Assembly (NCBI GenBank): GCA_964589005.1
Contig: CAZPQI010000001.1
Coordinates: forward strand, 67,675 to 131,674
DNA: 64,000 nucleotides
DNA from: an uncultured Candidatus Saccharibacteria bacterium
GTDB lineage: Bacteria > Patescibacteriota > Minisyncoccia > Phycocordibacterales > UBA2100
Direction of reading: 5' to 3'
Shown here: piece by piece, positions 1-10,789 of the stretch
How positions within the stretch are numbered: the first letter of the stretch is position 1
How the letters are laid out: each line of letters starts with the position of its first letter
Made by a program: the position numbers and the translations under genes
The notes under the pieces: generated by a model
Databases searched by the model: none
What the model saw: the letters and a program-made list of their open reading frames with translations, nothing else
Told to the model about the DNA's origin: nothing

Positions 1-1288
1 ATTGTCCGATTGCCGTGTGGTACGTGTTCCCAAGACGCCAGGGATTTTCTTCTCCAAACACTTCTTTTTTCCATGCAGGTGTCGGCACAACTCCACGTCC
101 TTCAGCGCCTAATTCAATTCCAGTTTTTTTACCAAGGCCAAAGCGAGAAGCGTATGCGGCGAGTTTTTCTATTCCCAACCCTTCCTGATCTTCGTATCCT
201 CCTCCCACAGCATAAAAATATACGTTAGAAGAAACTGCTAATGCTTGAGTAACATTCACCCATCCGTGTACCTTCCAATCACGAAATATCGAATCGTTTC
301 CCGGTGAATAAGGATTAGGAATTCTAATTTCACCTGTAGAAAGAATTGACGTACTCGGCGTCACCAAACCTTCAGCAAGTGCTGCTGCTGCTATATAGGG
401 CTTCACGATTGATCCCGGAGTATATTCTCCCAATACTGCACGATTTAAAAATGGCTGTTGCTCGTCCACTGAGTAGCTACCTATTTTTTGAGTATCTGAA
501 CCATCGGTCATTATTTGTGGAGAATATTCTGGATAACTAGTCATCGCTATAATCGCCCCTGAGGTAACATCCATAATGAGTCCAGCGCCTCCCACAAAAC
601 CAGCTGTACGTGCACCTTCTTTTACCGCCTTAAATAAAGCACTTTGCACTTGCGCATCGATATTAAGCATGACACTCTCTCCGTCAATTGGATCTTCGAT
701 AGTATTTTCTGATTGAATATTATTTAGAGCATCTACCTCGATAATACGAACGCCGTTTGTTCCTTGCAAGATACTATCTAAACTACTCTCTATTCCATCT
801 TTACCAACATACTCTGTGCGCCACCAATATCCGCTCGCATCTTTTTCTGGATACCCTACAAATCCTAAAATATGGCCAAACCCCTCTGCACTAGTATACG
901 AGCGCAGTGAATACGAATCAAAAATATCTTCTCCTTCTTCAGGTAAGGGTGGTACATTCCACGCAAGCTCGTTGTTGTTTCTATCGTAGACATTTCCTCT
1001 TTCTGCAAACAACACTTCGTGATCAAGACGATTTTTCTGAGAAAGAACAGAGAATGCCTCCCCTTTTGCAATTTGCAAATTCCAAACTTGAAATGCAAAT
1101 AGCAATAAAATCAGCACCGTTGCAACTCCAACAAAATGCGGAACCATGCCATGAATAGAGCGCTCGACTCGCCCTTCGAACTGGTTAGTGTCAAAAGCAG
1201 GTAGATTAAAAGCGTCGAGTAAAACCTCGTCGGGATCTATTCCAGTATTTTTAATAAATCCTGTTGGTCCTTTTTTTCTTCCAAACAT
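1..1288 (-). CDS. mrdA: Penicillin-binding protein 2 (partial; 3' end runs off the window)
   Basis: Not in the ORF track because it is truncated. Hand translation from ATG 1288 gives MFGRKK..IDPDEVLLDAFNLP..FEGRVE; SxxK (PGSIVKP) and SxN (AVSSNVY) transpeptidase motifs; lies downstream of mreBCD. Confidence 0.88.
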   Translation of the reverse strand, partial: MFGRKKGPTGFIKNTGIDPDEVLLDAFNLPAFDTNQFEGRVERSIHGMVPHFVGVATVLILLLFAFQVWNLQIAKGEAFSVLSQKNRLDHEVLFAERGNVYDRNNNELAWNVPPLPEEGEDIFDSYSLRSYTSAEGFGHILGFVGYPEKDASGYWWRTEYVGKDGIESSLDSILQGTNGVRIIEVDALNNIQSENTIEDPIDGESVMLNIDAQVQSALFKAVKEGARTAGFVGGAGLIMDVTSGAIIAMTSYPEYSPQIMTDGSDTQKIGSYSVDEQQPFLNRAVLGEYTPGSIVKPYIAAAALAEGLVTPSTSILSTGEIRIPNPYSPGNDSIFRDWKVHGWVNVTQALAVSSNVYFYAVGGGYEDQEGLGIEKLAAYASRFGLGKKTGIELGAEGRGVVPTPAWKKEVFGEENPWRLGNTYHTAIGQ

Positions 1289-1341
1289 TCACTTAGAATA
1301 AAATGTATGCGTCAATAGAGCAAGTTTTACTCATATCAATA

Positions 1342-1602
1342 TTATGAACTCCAAAAAAGCCTGTTTCGAACATATTCAATAAGTACTGTACTTACTAAAA
1401 AGAGGCTGGTATAGAAACCTCCAAAAAAAACTGCGTCACCCGTAACCGCAAACAAAAAATCGAGTAGTAGTCCGGTTACTACCACAAAGTAAGAGCGCTG
1501 TATCAGTAGACTTGCTAGTCCAAATAACACAATCATCCACCACATTCCTGCAATTGCGCTGGCAGTAAATATTCCCAATAAAAAAAGGTGGCAAGATTTC
1601 AT
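1342..1602 (-). CDS. Small membrane protein, MreD-like by position
   Basis: Hydrophobic 86 aa between mreC and pbp2; GLLLD motif. Confidence 0.55.
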   Translation of the reverse strand: MKSCHLFLLGIFTASAIAGMWWMIVLFGLASLLIQRSYFVVVTGLLLDFLFAVTGDAVFFGGFYTSLFLVSTVLIEYVRNRLFWSS

Positions 1603-1604
1603 AT

Positions 1605-2411
1605 TTACTGGCGCACTCGAGTGAATCGAATAGTCTCTAAATTAAGAGGTGTACGAACCCGAACATGTTGAAATGCGTCGGTTGGTTTTGTTTCTATATC
1701 TCCAATAAATCCAACTAACGCAGATCCTTCAGTAACCAATATAATAGGATCATTTATTTGTATAGGTACGTCGCGCGGTATTTTTGTAGTCATATTGCCA
1801 TTTCCTGTGCCAACCAAAAGCGCCTGCGTTACGCTTTCTCCGCTTCCGATAAGCACTTGTGTTTCTTCTCCTGCTGCTGAAAACAAAGTAACAAGTGCAC
1901 TTTTTTTATTACTTTCAGTAATCGAACCTATAACAACATTAGACGCACCGAAAACCAGTGACCCAACAGCCAACGGCGCACTACCAGAGTTTGCAACAAC
2001 GATAGTACCGTATGGATTTTCTCCACCGCGCGAAATAACTTGCGCCAAAATTCCTATGTTTGTGTGCGAGCTAGTGCCCGCAAGGAGTTTCCTCAACTCT
2101 TCGTTTTCTGTAACCAAAATTAAATTATTCAGCGAATACAACTCTAGCTCACGCACACGCTCTTTTAATATACGCATCTCTTGTTGTAAAGCCTTTTTTG
2201 AGGCTAGCGCAGTGTTCCATGTACTCAATGTATTTCCAAACACTCCTTCGATTCCCCAAAGTGATGCAGCTGGCGTTCGCACTACATTTGAAATTGACCC
2301 GCTAGTAAAAAAATTTACGGTGAACAACAGAACTATAACTATAGAAAAACCAAAAAATAATTTCTCTTTCGCTGGTTTTTTGTCTTTTTTATTCTGTAGG
2401 AGAGAGTTCAT
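1605..2411 (-). CDS. mreC: Rod shape-determining protein MreC
   Basis: N-terminal TM, coiled coil (ENEELRKLL), beta domain; follows mreB. Confidence 0.88.
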   Translation of the reverse strand: MNSLLQNKKDKKPAKEKLFFGFSIVIVLLFTVNFFTSGSISNVVRTPAASLWGIEGVFGNTLSTWNTALASKKALQQEMRILKERVRELELYSLNNLILVTENEELRKLLAGTSSHTNIGILAQVISRGGENPYGTIVVANSGSAPLAVGSLVFGASNVVIGSITESNKKSALVTLFSAAGEETQVLIGSGESVTQALLVGTGNGNMTTKIPRDVPIQINDPIILVTEGSALVGFIGDIETKPTDAFQHVRVRTPLNLETIRFTRVRQ

Positions 2412-3477
2412 GTGTTTGTGTTATTAGTGATTCTTCATACAACTCTAAGTCTTCTAATATCATTCCCGTACCTCGTACCACGGCCGTCATCGGATCGTCT
2501 GATACGTATACCGGCACACCTATATGTTCGCTTAGCAACCCCGACAAGCCACGTATAAGAGCGCCTCCGCCAACTATGTATATTCCACGGCGCATCACGT
2601 CCGATATAACTTCAGGAGGTGCTGTTTCAATAACTTCCTTAACTGCATCTACCAATTGGTCAATCGAACCAGCAATAGCCTCGCGTATATCTGTATCAGT
2701 AATAATAACCTCTCGCGGTAATCCAGTAATTAAATCGCGCCCTCGCACTGTTCCTTCTAGTGGTGTCTCTCCTTCCACAACGCTCGCAGCTGTAATCTTT
2801 AGTTCTTCTGCTGACTTTTTCCCGATGAGAATCTTAAATTCGCTACGAATGTAATTCATAATGTCGTCGTCGAGCTTGTCTCCTGCAATTCGCACGTTTT
2901 TGGAGTTCACAATCCCCCCTAGAGAAATAATACCGATATCCGTTGTGCCACCACCGATGTCTATAATCATAGAGCCCGAAGGTTCTTTAACTGGTAAACG
3001 AATTCCGATTGCGGCTGCCATTGGTTCTTCCACAATAAACACTTCGCGCGCACCTGCGTTTCGTGTAGCGTCTTGTACGGCTCGGACTTCAACCGAGGTT
3101 ATACCTGAAGGAACACCAACGACAACACGAGGCCCTAAGAGACGAGTTTTTCCATCCTGCGCCTTACGAATTAAATAGCTAAGCATTTCTTCGGTAACTT
3201 CAAAGTCTGAGATCACTCCATCAACTAACGGCTGAACTGCAACAACATGCGCAGGGGTTCTACCCAACATGCGTTTAGCATCAGCTCCTATCGCCACTAC
3301 CTGACCAGTTTTTTGATTCAATGCAACCATCGAAGGTTCATTGAGAACTATTCCGCGGCCATTTACATACACCAGCGTGTTCGCAGTTCCTAAGTCAATT
3401 CCAATATCATCGGAAATCAATCCCATCACACGAGTGGAGAGATGCTTGAACCATGCCCGAAGTCGTTCCATACGCAC
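2389..3477 (-). CDS. mreB: Rod shape-determining protein MreB
   Basis: GIDLGTANT, EEPMAAAIG, DIGGGTT, GGGAL motifs. Confidence 0.97.
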   Translation of the reverse strand: MRMERLRAWFKHLSTRVMGLISDDIGIDLGTANTLVYVNGRGIVLNEPSMVALNQKTGQVVAIGADAKRMLGRTPAHVVAVQPLVDGVISDFEVTEEMLSYLIRKAQDGKTRLLGPRVVVGVPSGITSVEVRAVQDATRNAGAREVFIVEEPMAAAIGIRLPVKEPSGSMIIDIGGGTTDIGIISLGGIVNSKNVRIAGDKLDDDIMNYIRSEFKILIGKKSAEELKITAASVVEGETPLEGTVRGRDLITGLPREVIITDTDIREAIAGSIDQLVDAVKEVIETAPPEVISDVMRRGIYIVGGGALIRGLSGLLSEHIGVPVYVSDDPMTAVVRGTGMILEDLELYEESLITQTHELSPTE

Positions 3478-3478
3478 T

Positions 3479-4753
3479 TTAGATATTTAAAAGCTCCTGT
3501 TCGGTAACAAAGGTAGATGTACCAGTAGCTCGAGAAACAAGCTCGTACTCACCTGATTGCAGTGTTTTTTCACTTACGATTACACGTTTCGGAATTCCAA
3601 TTAAATCGGAGTCAGCAAATTTCTCACCCGCTCTAGCCTCGCGATCATCAAACAATACTGACATTCCGCGCTCTTCCATCTCTTTAAATAATCTTTCAGC
3701 ATCTTCTTTCACATCAGCATTTCCGTTATCAAGCGAAATTAAGTGATACGTAAACGGAGCAATTTCTTCTGGCCACACAAGGCCTTTGTCGTCAGAAAGC
3801 AATTCGGCAACAGTTCCCATGGCACGTGCTGGTCCAATACCGTACGAGCCCATAATAACCGGAATATTCTCACCTTCCTCGTTTTTAAAATTTAAACCAA
3901 GAGCTTCTGAAAAACGTGTACCCAGTGGAAAAATGTTTCCAACTTCGATTGCTTTTTCTTCACGCAATGCAACTCCTTCCCATCCAAGGTCTTTTATAAC
4001 CTCTTCGGTGTTCACTTCTTTGTTCAAGGCAGTACCCGTTTCGTCATTAATATAAATAAGGTCTTCTCCTGCATCAGATATTGTTTGGAACTCATCACTA
4101 AATTTTGAAAAAGAACCTCCGCTTGCAAATGTGCGATAGGTTTTATCTCCAATTCCCAATCGATTAAAAATTTTAGTGTACGCTGCCGCACAGCTTTCAT
4201 AAAATTCTCTAAATCCTTCTTCGTCGCGGTTGAATGAATACAAATCTTTCATCACAAATTCTCGAGTACGCATAATGCCGCTTTTTGCTCGAGTTTCGTT
4301 TCTGAACTTTGTTTGAAATTGATAAATGTATTTAGGTAAATCTTTGTATGAAGAAATGTGTTCCTTAAGAAGCCTCGTGAGTGGCTCCTCGTGAGTGTTT
4401 GCTAACCCAAGCTCTGAACCTGTGTGATATTCATCGCCTTTGTGTAAATTCGTTTTAAACCATACGTCAACTTCAGAATCCTCCCAACGTCCAGATTTTT
4501 TCCAAATTTCTGGGTCTTGCAATGCAGTCATGTCTATTTCTTGTCCGCCAATTGCGTCCATTTCCTCCCGAATCACCTGCACTACTTTATTAAAGGTGCG
4601 CAACCCTAGAGGTAGCAACGTATACACCCCCGCCATTTCTTTATGAATATAGCCAGCTTGAATAAGTAATTGAGCGTTTTTTGAAACCTCGTCTTTCGGA
4701 GCTTCCTTTCGAGTCTTGGTGAAAAGTTTAGATTGGCGAAGTGTTTGAGTCAT
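3479..4753 (-). CDS. proS: Proline--tRNA ligase (short form without editing domain)
   Basis: RQSKLF, FQTKFRNE.R..G.MRTREF.MKD.YSF, GSYGIG, anticodon domain; start placed at ATG 4753 (ORF track starts 4834). Confidence 0.95.
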   Translation of the reverse strand: MTQTLRQSKLFTKTRKEAPKDEVSKNAQLLIQAGYIHKEMAGVYTLLPLGLRTFNKVVQVIREEMDAIGGQEIDMTALQDPEIWKKSGRWEDSEVDVWFKTNLHKGDEYHTGSELGLANTHEEPLTRLLKEHISSYKDLPKYIYQFQTKFRNETRAKSGIMRTREFVMKDLYSFNRDEEGFREFYESCAAAYTKIFNRLGIGDKTYRTFASGGSFSKFSDEFQTISDAGEDLIYINDETGTALNKEVNTEEVIKDLGWEGVALREEKAIEVGNIFPLGTRFSEALGLNFKNEEGENIPVIMGSYGIGPARAMGTVAELLSDDKGLVWPEEIAPFTYHLISLDNGNADVKEDAERLFKEMEERGMSVLFDDREARAGEKFADSDLIGIPKRVIVSEKTLQSGEYELVSRATGTSTFVTEQELLNI

Positions 4754-5039
4754 ATGTCTGGCAAGTTTATCAGAAAACGTGACTAAACAAAACATTGACG
4801 TCCAGAACACTAGTGATACGCTGTAATAAATCAAGAACCATAAAGAGTCTCAAGGTGTGCATATAAACTTTGTATTCGCACCCTGCGGCTCCCTGTGGAT
4901 TGGTGCAAAAAAAACTTCGAATGAACAGGGGAAGTCGCGAACGCCAGATCTCATTCGAAGTTAACGAGAACGGTCTTGGACATATGTAAGTATGCCCAAG
5001 ACCACTTTTTTATGTATCTGATTATTGCCAATACCAAAA

Positions 5040-6149
5040 CTACGAAAATAATTTCGCGATATCGTAATAGCTAACTACTAACATCAACAAGATTAATAGC
5101 GAGAAACCAATAATATTAAATATAGTGCTGACTTTTTCATTCATTGGTTTTCCCGAAATTGCCTCGATAGCAATAAACAGAAGTCGTCCACCATCAAGTG
5201 CGGGGAGTGGGATAAGGTTAATAACAGCAAGATTCACAGAAATAAAAGCTGTAAAATATAGTAAGTAGACAAAGCTAACCGAAGACGCATCCCCAACCAA
5301 CCCAGCAATACCTATTGGACCAGCAACCTGAGACCAGTCGGCAGACACGGTCACCACCGAAAGTAGAAAACCTCCCAAGCCTATAGTTACTGCTTTTAGT
5401 GCCTTCATAGTGCCAGTAAAACCTTGTGCGACTGCTTGTGTAAACGGTAGCGATTGATCTGCAACCAATGCCATGGCTATACCAACTGCTGGAGTACCTA
5501 GAGTTTCGTTGATTACACCATGAGCTGGAGTTAGCGTGACTGTTTCTACTGTCTTAACTTTCGAATTGCGTATATACGAAACTACAATCGCTTGCCCCGC
5601 TCTTTCTTGAATAAACGCAGAAATCGTACTTGGTAAAAGCTCCTGCAAGCTCTCGTTTTTGTCTTTTAACCCCACGAGCTCGTCTCCCGCTGCCAAACCA
5701 GCTGCCGCCGCTGGAGACCCCGAAATAACTGAACTAACGATGAGTCGTGTTTCCAAACCAACTGCATCTGCTTCGTCTATCGCAGTAGGAGCGCCAATCA
5801 TTAACGTCGTCGAAAACAACAGCCACGCAAATAGGAGGTTAAATGTAACCCCAGCAATTAACACCGCGGCCTGCACCAACTTTGGTTTATAGACAAATGC
5901 ACGCTTCTTATCTTGCTCGCTATATTTTTCGCTTATACTTTCGCCGAATATCTTTACAAATCCACCAAAAGGAAGCCAATTGATTGTATAGACCGTGTCT
6001 CCTAACTTTCCAATTGTAAATGCGCGCGGCGGGTAACCAATGCCAAACTCATCTACTTTAATACCAAATAATTTTGCAACTAGAAAATGTCCAAGCTCAT
6101 GGATTACAATGAGCACGACGAGGACTGCGATAAAAAGAACAAATGACAT
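5040..6149 (-). CDS. rseP: RIP metalloprotease RseP (M50, PDZ)
   Basis: HELGH, PDZ-like SPAAAAGL, NLIPLPALDGG. Confidence 0.95.
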   Translation of the reverse strand: MSFVLFIAVLVVLIVIHELGHFLVAKLFGIKVDEFGIGYPPRAFTIGKLGDTVYTINWLPFGGFVKIFGESISEKYSEQDKKRAFVYKPKLVQAAVLIAGVTFNLLFAWLLFSTTLMIGAPTAIDEADAVGLETRLIVSSVISGSPAAAAGLAAGDELVGLKDKNESLQELLPSTISAFIQERAGQAIVVSYIRNSKVKTVETVTLTPAHGVINETLGTPAVGIAMALVADQSLPFTQAVAQGFTGTMKALKAVTIGLGGFLLSVVTVSADWSQVAGPIGIAGLVGDASSVSFVYLLYFTAFISVNLAVINLIPLPALDGGRLLFIAIEAISGKPMNEKVSTIFNIIGFSLLILLMLVVSYYDIAKLFS

Positions 6150-6242
6150 AATTTATTAGTAGTTAGTTATTAGACGTTAGTCGTTATAGTAAAATTAATC
6201 AAAATATTGTAGTACATTTCCCTAGATACTAGCGACTAATGT

Positions 6243-6791
6243 CTACTGGCTAATTTCTATTTCTTTTTTCTTAAATAATTCTTCTAGCGAACTATTTCCT
6301 GTATCAATATGTTTTTGTAGTTCGTCTTTAGCGCCAAATTTTTCGTCTTCGCTCATGTCTCCTGCTTTTTCTTTTGCTTGAATATCTCCCCACGAATCTT
6401 CGCGTGCACCGCGCAAACTTTGGCGTGCGTCTTCCAATTTGTCTTTAGCAATTTTTATAAGCGAGTCGCGGCGCTCGGACGTAAGCTCAGGAAACGAAAT
6501 TCTAATCCCTTTGTCATCAACACCCACCCCAACACCAAAATTTGCGTCGTTAATTGCTTTCTCAATTTCTTTTATTTGCGAAGTGTCCCACGGAACAATG
6601 CGTAGCGTTCGTGCGTCCTCAACACCAATATTTGCCACTTGATTAAGGGGCATCCGTGAACCGTAGCTATCTACTTGAATTGAATCCAGTAGCGTTGGTG
6701 TTGCGCGCCCCGTGCGAAGTCCCTGATACTCTTTACGCAGCCATTCTTCCCCTTCAGTAATTTTTAACTGCAATTCTTTGAAATCGTACAT
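6243..6791 (-). CDS. frr: Ribosome recycling factor
   Basis: LRTGRA.P, PELTSERR motifs. Confidence 0.97.
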   Translation of the reverse strand: MYDFKELQLKITEGEEWLRKEYQGLRTGRATPTLLDSIQVDSYGSRMPLNQVANIGVEDARTLRIVPWDTSQIKEIEKAINDANFGVGVGVDDKGIRISFPELTSERRDSLIKIAKDKLEDARQSLRGAREDSWGDIQAKEKAGDMSEDEKFGAKDELQKHIDTGNSSLEELFKKKEIEISQ

Positions 6792-6863
6792 GCTGCATAG
6801 TATATAGTATTTTTAATTTTATTTACATTTATTTATATTAAACACCTTGAATACAAACACTTA

Positions 6864-6889
6864 AAGTGTATCGGTTAACCGATACACTT
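6864..6889. repeat. 26-bp perfect palindrome AAGTGTATCGGTTAACCGATACACTT, copy 1
   Basis: Identical copy at 48616-48641. Confidence 0.9.
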
Positions 6890-7043
6890 CTCTTAAATAT
6901 TAAATACCCATTTTAATATATATTAAAATGGGTATTTAATATTTGAGTAAAAGAATAAAGAAAATTTGAGTGTCAGGAAACTTAAAAACAAAAAAGTGGT
7001 GTCGAAACACCACTTTTTAAGATTTTAACCAAAGTGCCGAATA

Positions 7044-7280
7044 TTAAGTACGAAGCAAATATTTTTCGGCTTTTCGAGTCATTAAATTCAGCTTTTGTGC
7101 TGGTATTAGTGCAGCGTTTTCCTTATCCGCACGAAACACAAAGTAACGTAAACGCCACGGCCATGTCCTTGCGAGATATGGAAACTTTTTTGCCAACCAC
7201 CCCTTCGGTTTTTCCCATTGCAGATACAACTTCCTCTCATTCGAAATTGTCGAAATGCGTCTGTGTGTAGATTCGCTCAT
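7044..7280 (-). CDS. Hypothetical protein (78 aa)
   Basis: ATG start, co-oriented with neighbours, followed by a hairpin; no recognisable motif. Confidence 0.4.
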   Translation of the reverse strand: MSESTHRRISTISNERKLYLQWEKPKGWLAKKFPYLARTWPWRLRYFVFRADKENAALIPAQKLNLMTRKAEKYLLRT

Positions 7281-7341
7281 TTAATTAATCCCTCTTCGTA
7301 AGTTTCTGCTAATAAAACTATACCATTCCAAGTCAAGATAG

Positions 7342-7995
7342 TCAATTCTTTGGTACAACTAATGCAACACTTTCCATAAGTGTTTTAAGTGATGCTCCTT
7401 TGTCTTGTAAAACTTTTCGTACATCAATAATATGCTGCAGTGCAAGTGCGGTAATTTCCGTGTTCTTAGTATTCTTCGTACTATATAATTCTGCTTCAAT
7501 ATTTTTCAAAAGTTCCCCTGCCTCTGATACACTTTTTTCTTTAAGTATTGGCTCCAGTAGTTCTAACCGAGCGCCTGCAGATGCATGTAAAAATTCTTTT
7601 CCAGAAGTGCTTTCTTTTGTCGCCGTAGTCGAGTTTACCACCCAAACGCGAGAACGAAGCGTCGGTAATACATTTTGTATGCCTGTGAGACAGATAAAAA
7701 AGTGTGTTCGCTCTGGTGGCTCTTCAAAAAGTTTCAAGAGTGCATTTTGTGCCTCTCGCGTGCACGACTGCGCTCGATATATAAATAACTGCGTTCCTAG
7801 TGAACGCATACCCGCCATATGAATAAGTGCACGACTGTCATCAATCCCCAACGTTTCAAATTCGCGAACATGCACCTCAGCATCTTTGTGAGAACCTTTC
7901 AGTAATTCCTGCAAACCAATAAAAATCCCCTCGTCATCCTCAAGTAAATACGCATGGTGTAGATTTTTTGTGTCAATAGTTTTGAGAGATTCCAT
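7342..7995 (-). CDS. holB: DNA polymerase III delta' subunit-like (short form)
   Basis: HHAYLL, AQNALLKLFEEPP, LPTLRSR motifs. Confidence 0.85.
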   Translation of the reverse strand: MESLKTIDTKNLHHAYLLEDDEGIFIGLQELLKGSHKDAEVHVREFETLGIDDSRALIHMAGMRSLGTQLFIYRAQSCTREAQNALLKLFEEPPERTHFFICLTGIQNVLPTLRSRVWVVNSTTATKESTSGKEFLHASAGARLELLEPILKEKSVSEAGELLKNIEAELYSTKNTKNTEITALALQHIIDVRKVLQDKGASLKTLMESVALVVPKN

Positions 7996-8630
7996 TGTGT
8001 AAGTATACCGCTGTATACAAACTTACAAAAATAACAATTACGTGTTATACATTGACTAGAAAACACACAACTGGAGGAAAGAATATGCTTACAACATTTC
8101 GCACTGTCGATATATGGATTCTTGAAAAAGTTGTGGAGCCTTTTTCGTGGACCATTGAATCATTTACCAACTTTAGCAATTTTAGACAAGCACGAGTGAC
8201 ACTTCTGGCATTTTTTGTTTCCTCTTATGGATTGAATACCTCAGGTAGTAGCTTGAGTGTAGTGGAATTGATATCAATGGTTTTTGCTGTTGTTTTATTA
8301 TATTTCCATTCAAAATGGCTGGAAAAAACAAGAAACAGTGGCACACTTAGTATTGCTCGCACAGCGTGGTATCACGTTCATGGGCGATTAATGGGCTGGG
8401 CTCTTGTATTTGTACTTTTGCTCCTAACTATTGCCATGCTAGAACGTAGTGACGAAACTGGCTATCGGAAAGTAGAATTTTTGAGATCCGAATCTGATTT
8501 ATGGTTTAATCTGTTTCTACTGTATGTATACCCATTGTCGGCGCTTTTGTATAGTTATTTTTTAGCATGCAGTTCTATGCCAGCAAAATATGAGCGACAC
8601 TTATCGTCAAAAGAAGTGTATTCTTCTTAA
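7995..8630 (+). CDS. Hypothetical membrane protein
   Basis: Several hydrophobic segments; true start probably the ATG after GGAGG near 8085. Confidence 0.55.
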   Translation: MCKYTAVYKLTKITITCYTLTRKHTTGGKNMLTTFRTVDIWILEKVVEPFSWTIESFTNFSNFRQARVTLLAFFVSSYGLNTSGSSLSVVELISMVFAVVLLYFHSKWLEKTRNSGTLSIARTAWYHVHGRLMGWALVFVLLLLTIAMLERSDETGYRKVEFLRSESDLWFNLFLLYVYPLSALLYSYFLACSSMPAKYERHLSSKEVYSS

Positions 8631-8764
8631 AGACGCTCGACCAAAAGACCCTGCAGAAATGTGGGGTTCTTTTTTTATGTAATTTTTTTAAAATTGATAC
8701 GTACAGGTGAAGTTATCTTGCGAATACCGTGCTAGGAACACGAGTAAAATTTAGGTCATAGCGA

Positions 8765-8877
8765 CTTTTATTTTTGGATGTAGTGCAAGGCGCAGGAGAA
8801 AAACAAAAGAGACGTATTAACAATACGGCGAGTGAAGTTTTTTGAACTGTAACGCAGTAATGCGCCAAAAATAAAAG
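8765..8877. repeat. Intergenic element with 13-bp terminal inverted repeats (MITE/REP-like)
   Basis: CTTTTATTTTTGG ... CCAAAAATAAAAG with internal hairpin potential. Confidence 0.5.
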
Positions 8878-8880
8878 CCT

Positions 8881-9897
8881 CTACCTCTTGGAGATGATTG
8901 CCTTTTTATAGACGTCTAAATGTTGTAGTGCTATTCCCGTCCCCTTCGCCACACTATACAGTGCATCATCGGCAAGAACTGCTTTCACTCCAGTACGCCG
9001 ATACACCAACTCTGGCAAGTTACGCAACTGCGACGATCCTCCCGACATGGTAATTCCGTTGTCGATAATGTCTGCCGCCAACTCTGGCGGTGTCTCCTGT
9101 AAAACGTCCCTAATAGCCTTTACAATTTCGCGTAGTTCCCGACCAATAGCTTTTACTATTTCATTTGTACTCATCTCAACCGAACGTGGCAACCCTGTTA
9201 AATAATCCCTACCTTTAACTGTCATTGTTAGCTCTTCTTCCATTGGCAAGGCTGAACCAATTTGGGTTTTTACATCTTCTGCCGTTTTGTCTCCTATAGC
9301 TAGATTAAATGTTTTTTTGATATGCGCGGCGATAGCTTCGTCGATGCGATTACCCGCACACTTTACTGAAGTAGAAGCAACAATTCCACCAAGTGAAATC
9401 ACCGCGACATCAGTGGTTCCTCCACCAATGTCAACAATCATATTTCCTTGAGCCTCATGAATAGGGATACCTGCGCCAATTGCGGCCAAGATCGGCTCTT
9501 TTACCACTTGTGCTGTTTTAGCTCCAGCTTTTACTGCTGCTTCAATAACCGCTCGGCGCTCGGCAGATGTAACTCCAGCTGGAACTGAAATCATCACATC
9601 AGGGCGAAAAAAGCTCCACCAGCTTGTTGCCTTGCGCATATAGTAGCGAAGCATTGCTTCAGTTACTCTATAATCTGCAATGACTCCGTCTTTCATAGGT
9701 CGATACGCAATAATGTCATCAGGGGTTCTTCCAACCATTTCTTTCGCTTCATCCCCCACTGCTAGAATTTTATTTTCCTGTTCAGACACCGCCACGACTG
9801 AAGGCTCCCTAAGCACAACGCCTTTCCCAGGAACATAAATAAGAGTATAGGTCGTTCCTAAATCTATTCCCAATTTTGGTGTTAGTGAAAATTCCAT
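8881..9897 (-). CDS. mreB: MreB/Mbl paralog 2
   Basis: GIDLGTT, EPILAAIGAG, DIGGGTTD motifs. Confidence 0.95.
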   Translation of the reverse strand: MEFSLTPKLGIDLGTTYTLIYVPGKGVVLREPSVVAVSEQENKILAVGDEAKEMVGRTPDDIIAYRPMKDGVIADYRVTEAMLRYYMRKATSWWSFFRPDVMISVPAGVTSAERRAVIEAAVKAGAKTAQVVKEPILAAIGAGIPIHEAQGNMIVDIGGGTTDVAVISLGGIVASTSVKCAGNRIDEAIAAHIKKTFNLAIGDKTAEDVKTQIGSALPMEEELTMTVKGRDYLTGLPRSVEMSTNEIVKAIGRELREIVKAIRDVLQETPPELAADIIDNGITMSGGSSQLRNLPELVYRRTGVKAVLADDALYSVAKGTGIALQHLDVYKKAIISKR

Positions 9898-10021
9898 AAT
9901 GATTTACTTTCAATGTAAAGTCGTATGGTGATTGTACTCGCTTCAAAGTTTTTTACAAATTTAAATGAGATAATAATTCTTTATACTAATTTTCTTTGCA
10001 TTTATCTCAAAAATTGTTCTA

Positions 10022-10786
10022 ATGCCACACATGAAGCGCAAAATACAGAGAAAAACCATTCTAACAGGAGGTAGTATCCTTGCGGTATTCATATTGCTCT
10101 TCGGAGCGTTCAGCCAGGCTGGCTTTGTATTCGCTGGGCCGTATCTAATAACTAAAGGAGGGACACTACTAATAGAACAAGCTCGGCCACAAAGTAATGT
10201 CTTCATAGACAACAGGCAAGTTGGCATCGTTGACGCTAAGGGCAAAGCTACATTCGCTCGAATCAAACCCGGTAAGAGAAATATTATAGTGTCAAACGAA
10301 AGTGCATGGCCATGGACATTTGAATTCGTTAGTATTTCAAGCGAATCTATTACTCTTGAACCTTTGCAAGTTAATGTAAAAACAGACGGAGAAGTTATAA
10401 CTGATACGGAAAACCCTCTAAACAGTATCGCTATTGAAGCATTCAAAAACTACCAACCGCCTACACAAGCAAATCCGTTAGAGCGCAGTACTCGAAAAAT
10501 TTGGGTTGTCGGTTCAAATATTTTTATGCAACAAGAGAACGGCGAAGTAATAAATATTTACGCCTCACAAAATACCATTAGAAACATTTTTTGGTATGGA
10601 GATCGTGATGGCATCTTAATCATCGCATCTTTAAATAATGTATTCGCTTTAGATGTAAGAGAAATTCCTGTTAAAAATTTCCAACCGATTTATACAGGCT
10701 CCGCGCCCGAGGCAGTCGACGACGAATCAACATACGACAAAATATTTATACACGACGCCGACGGCTACCTATATATCACTATTTAG
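10022..10786 (+). CDS. Membrane-anchored PEGA-like domain protein
   Basis: N-terminal TM then GTL.I..VFIDN..PG...I.V pattern. Confidence 0.55.
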   Translation: MPHMKRKIQRKTILTGGSILAVFILLFGAFSQAGFVFAGPYLITKGGTLLIEQARPQSNVFIDNRQVGIVDAKGKATFARIKPGKRNIIVSNESAWPWTFEFVSISSESITLEPLQVNVKTDGEVITDTENPLNSIAIEAFKNYQPPTQANPLERSTRKIWVVGSNIFMQQENGEVINIYASQNTIRNIFWYGDRDGILIIASLNNVFALDVREIPVKNFQPIYTGSAPEAVDDESTYDKIFIHDADGYLYITI

Positions 10787-10789
10787 AAT

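Noticed and set aside
10-1158. Short ORF-track ORFs in the first 1.2 kb, and the many antisense ORFs over mreB, typA, hisS and rpoBC
   Set aside because: They are shadows of longer, motif-supported genes on the other strand or frame (here pbp2).
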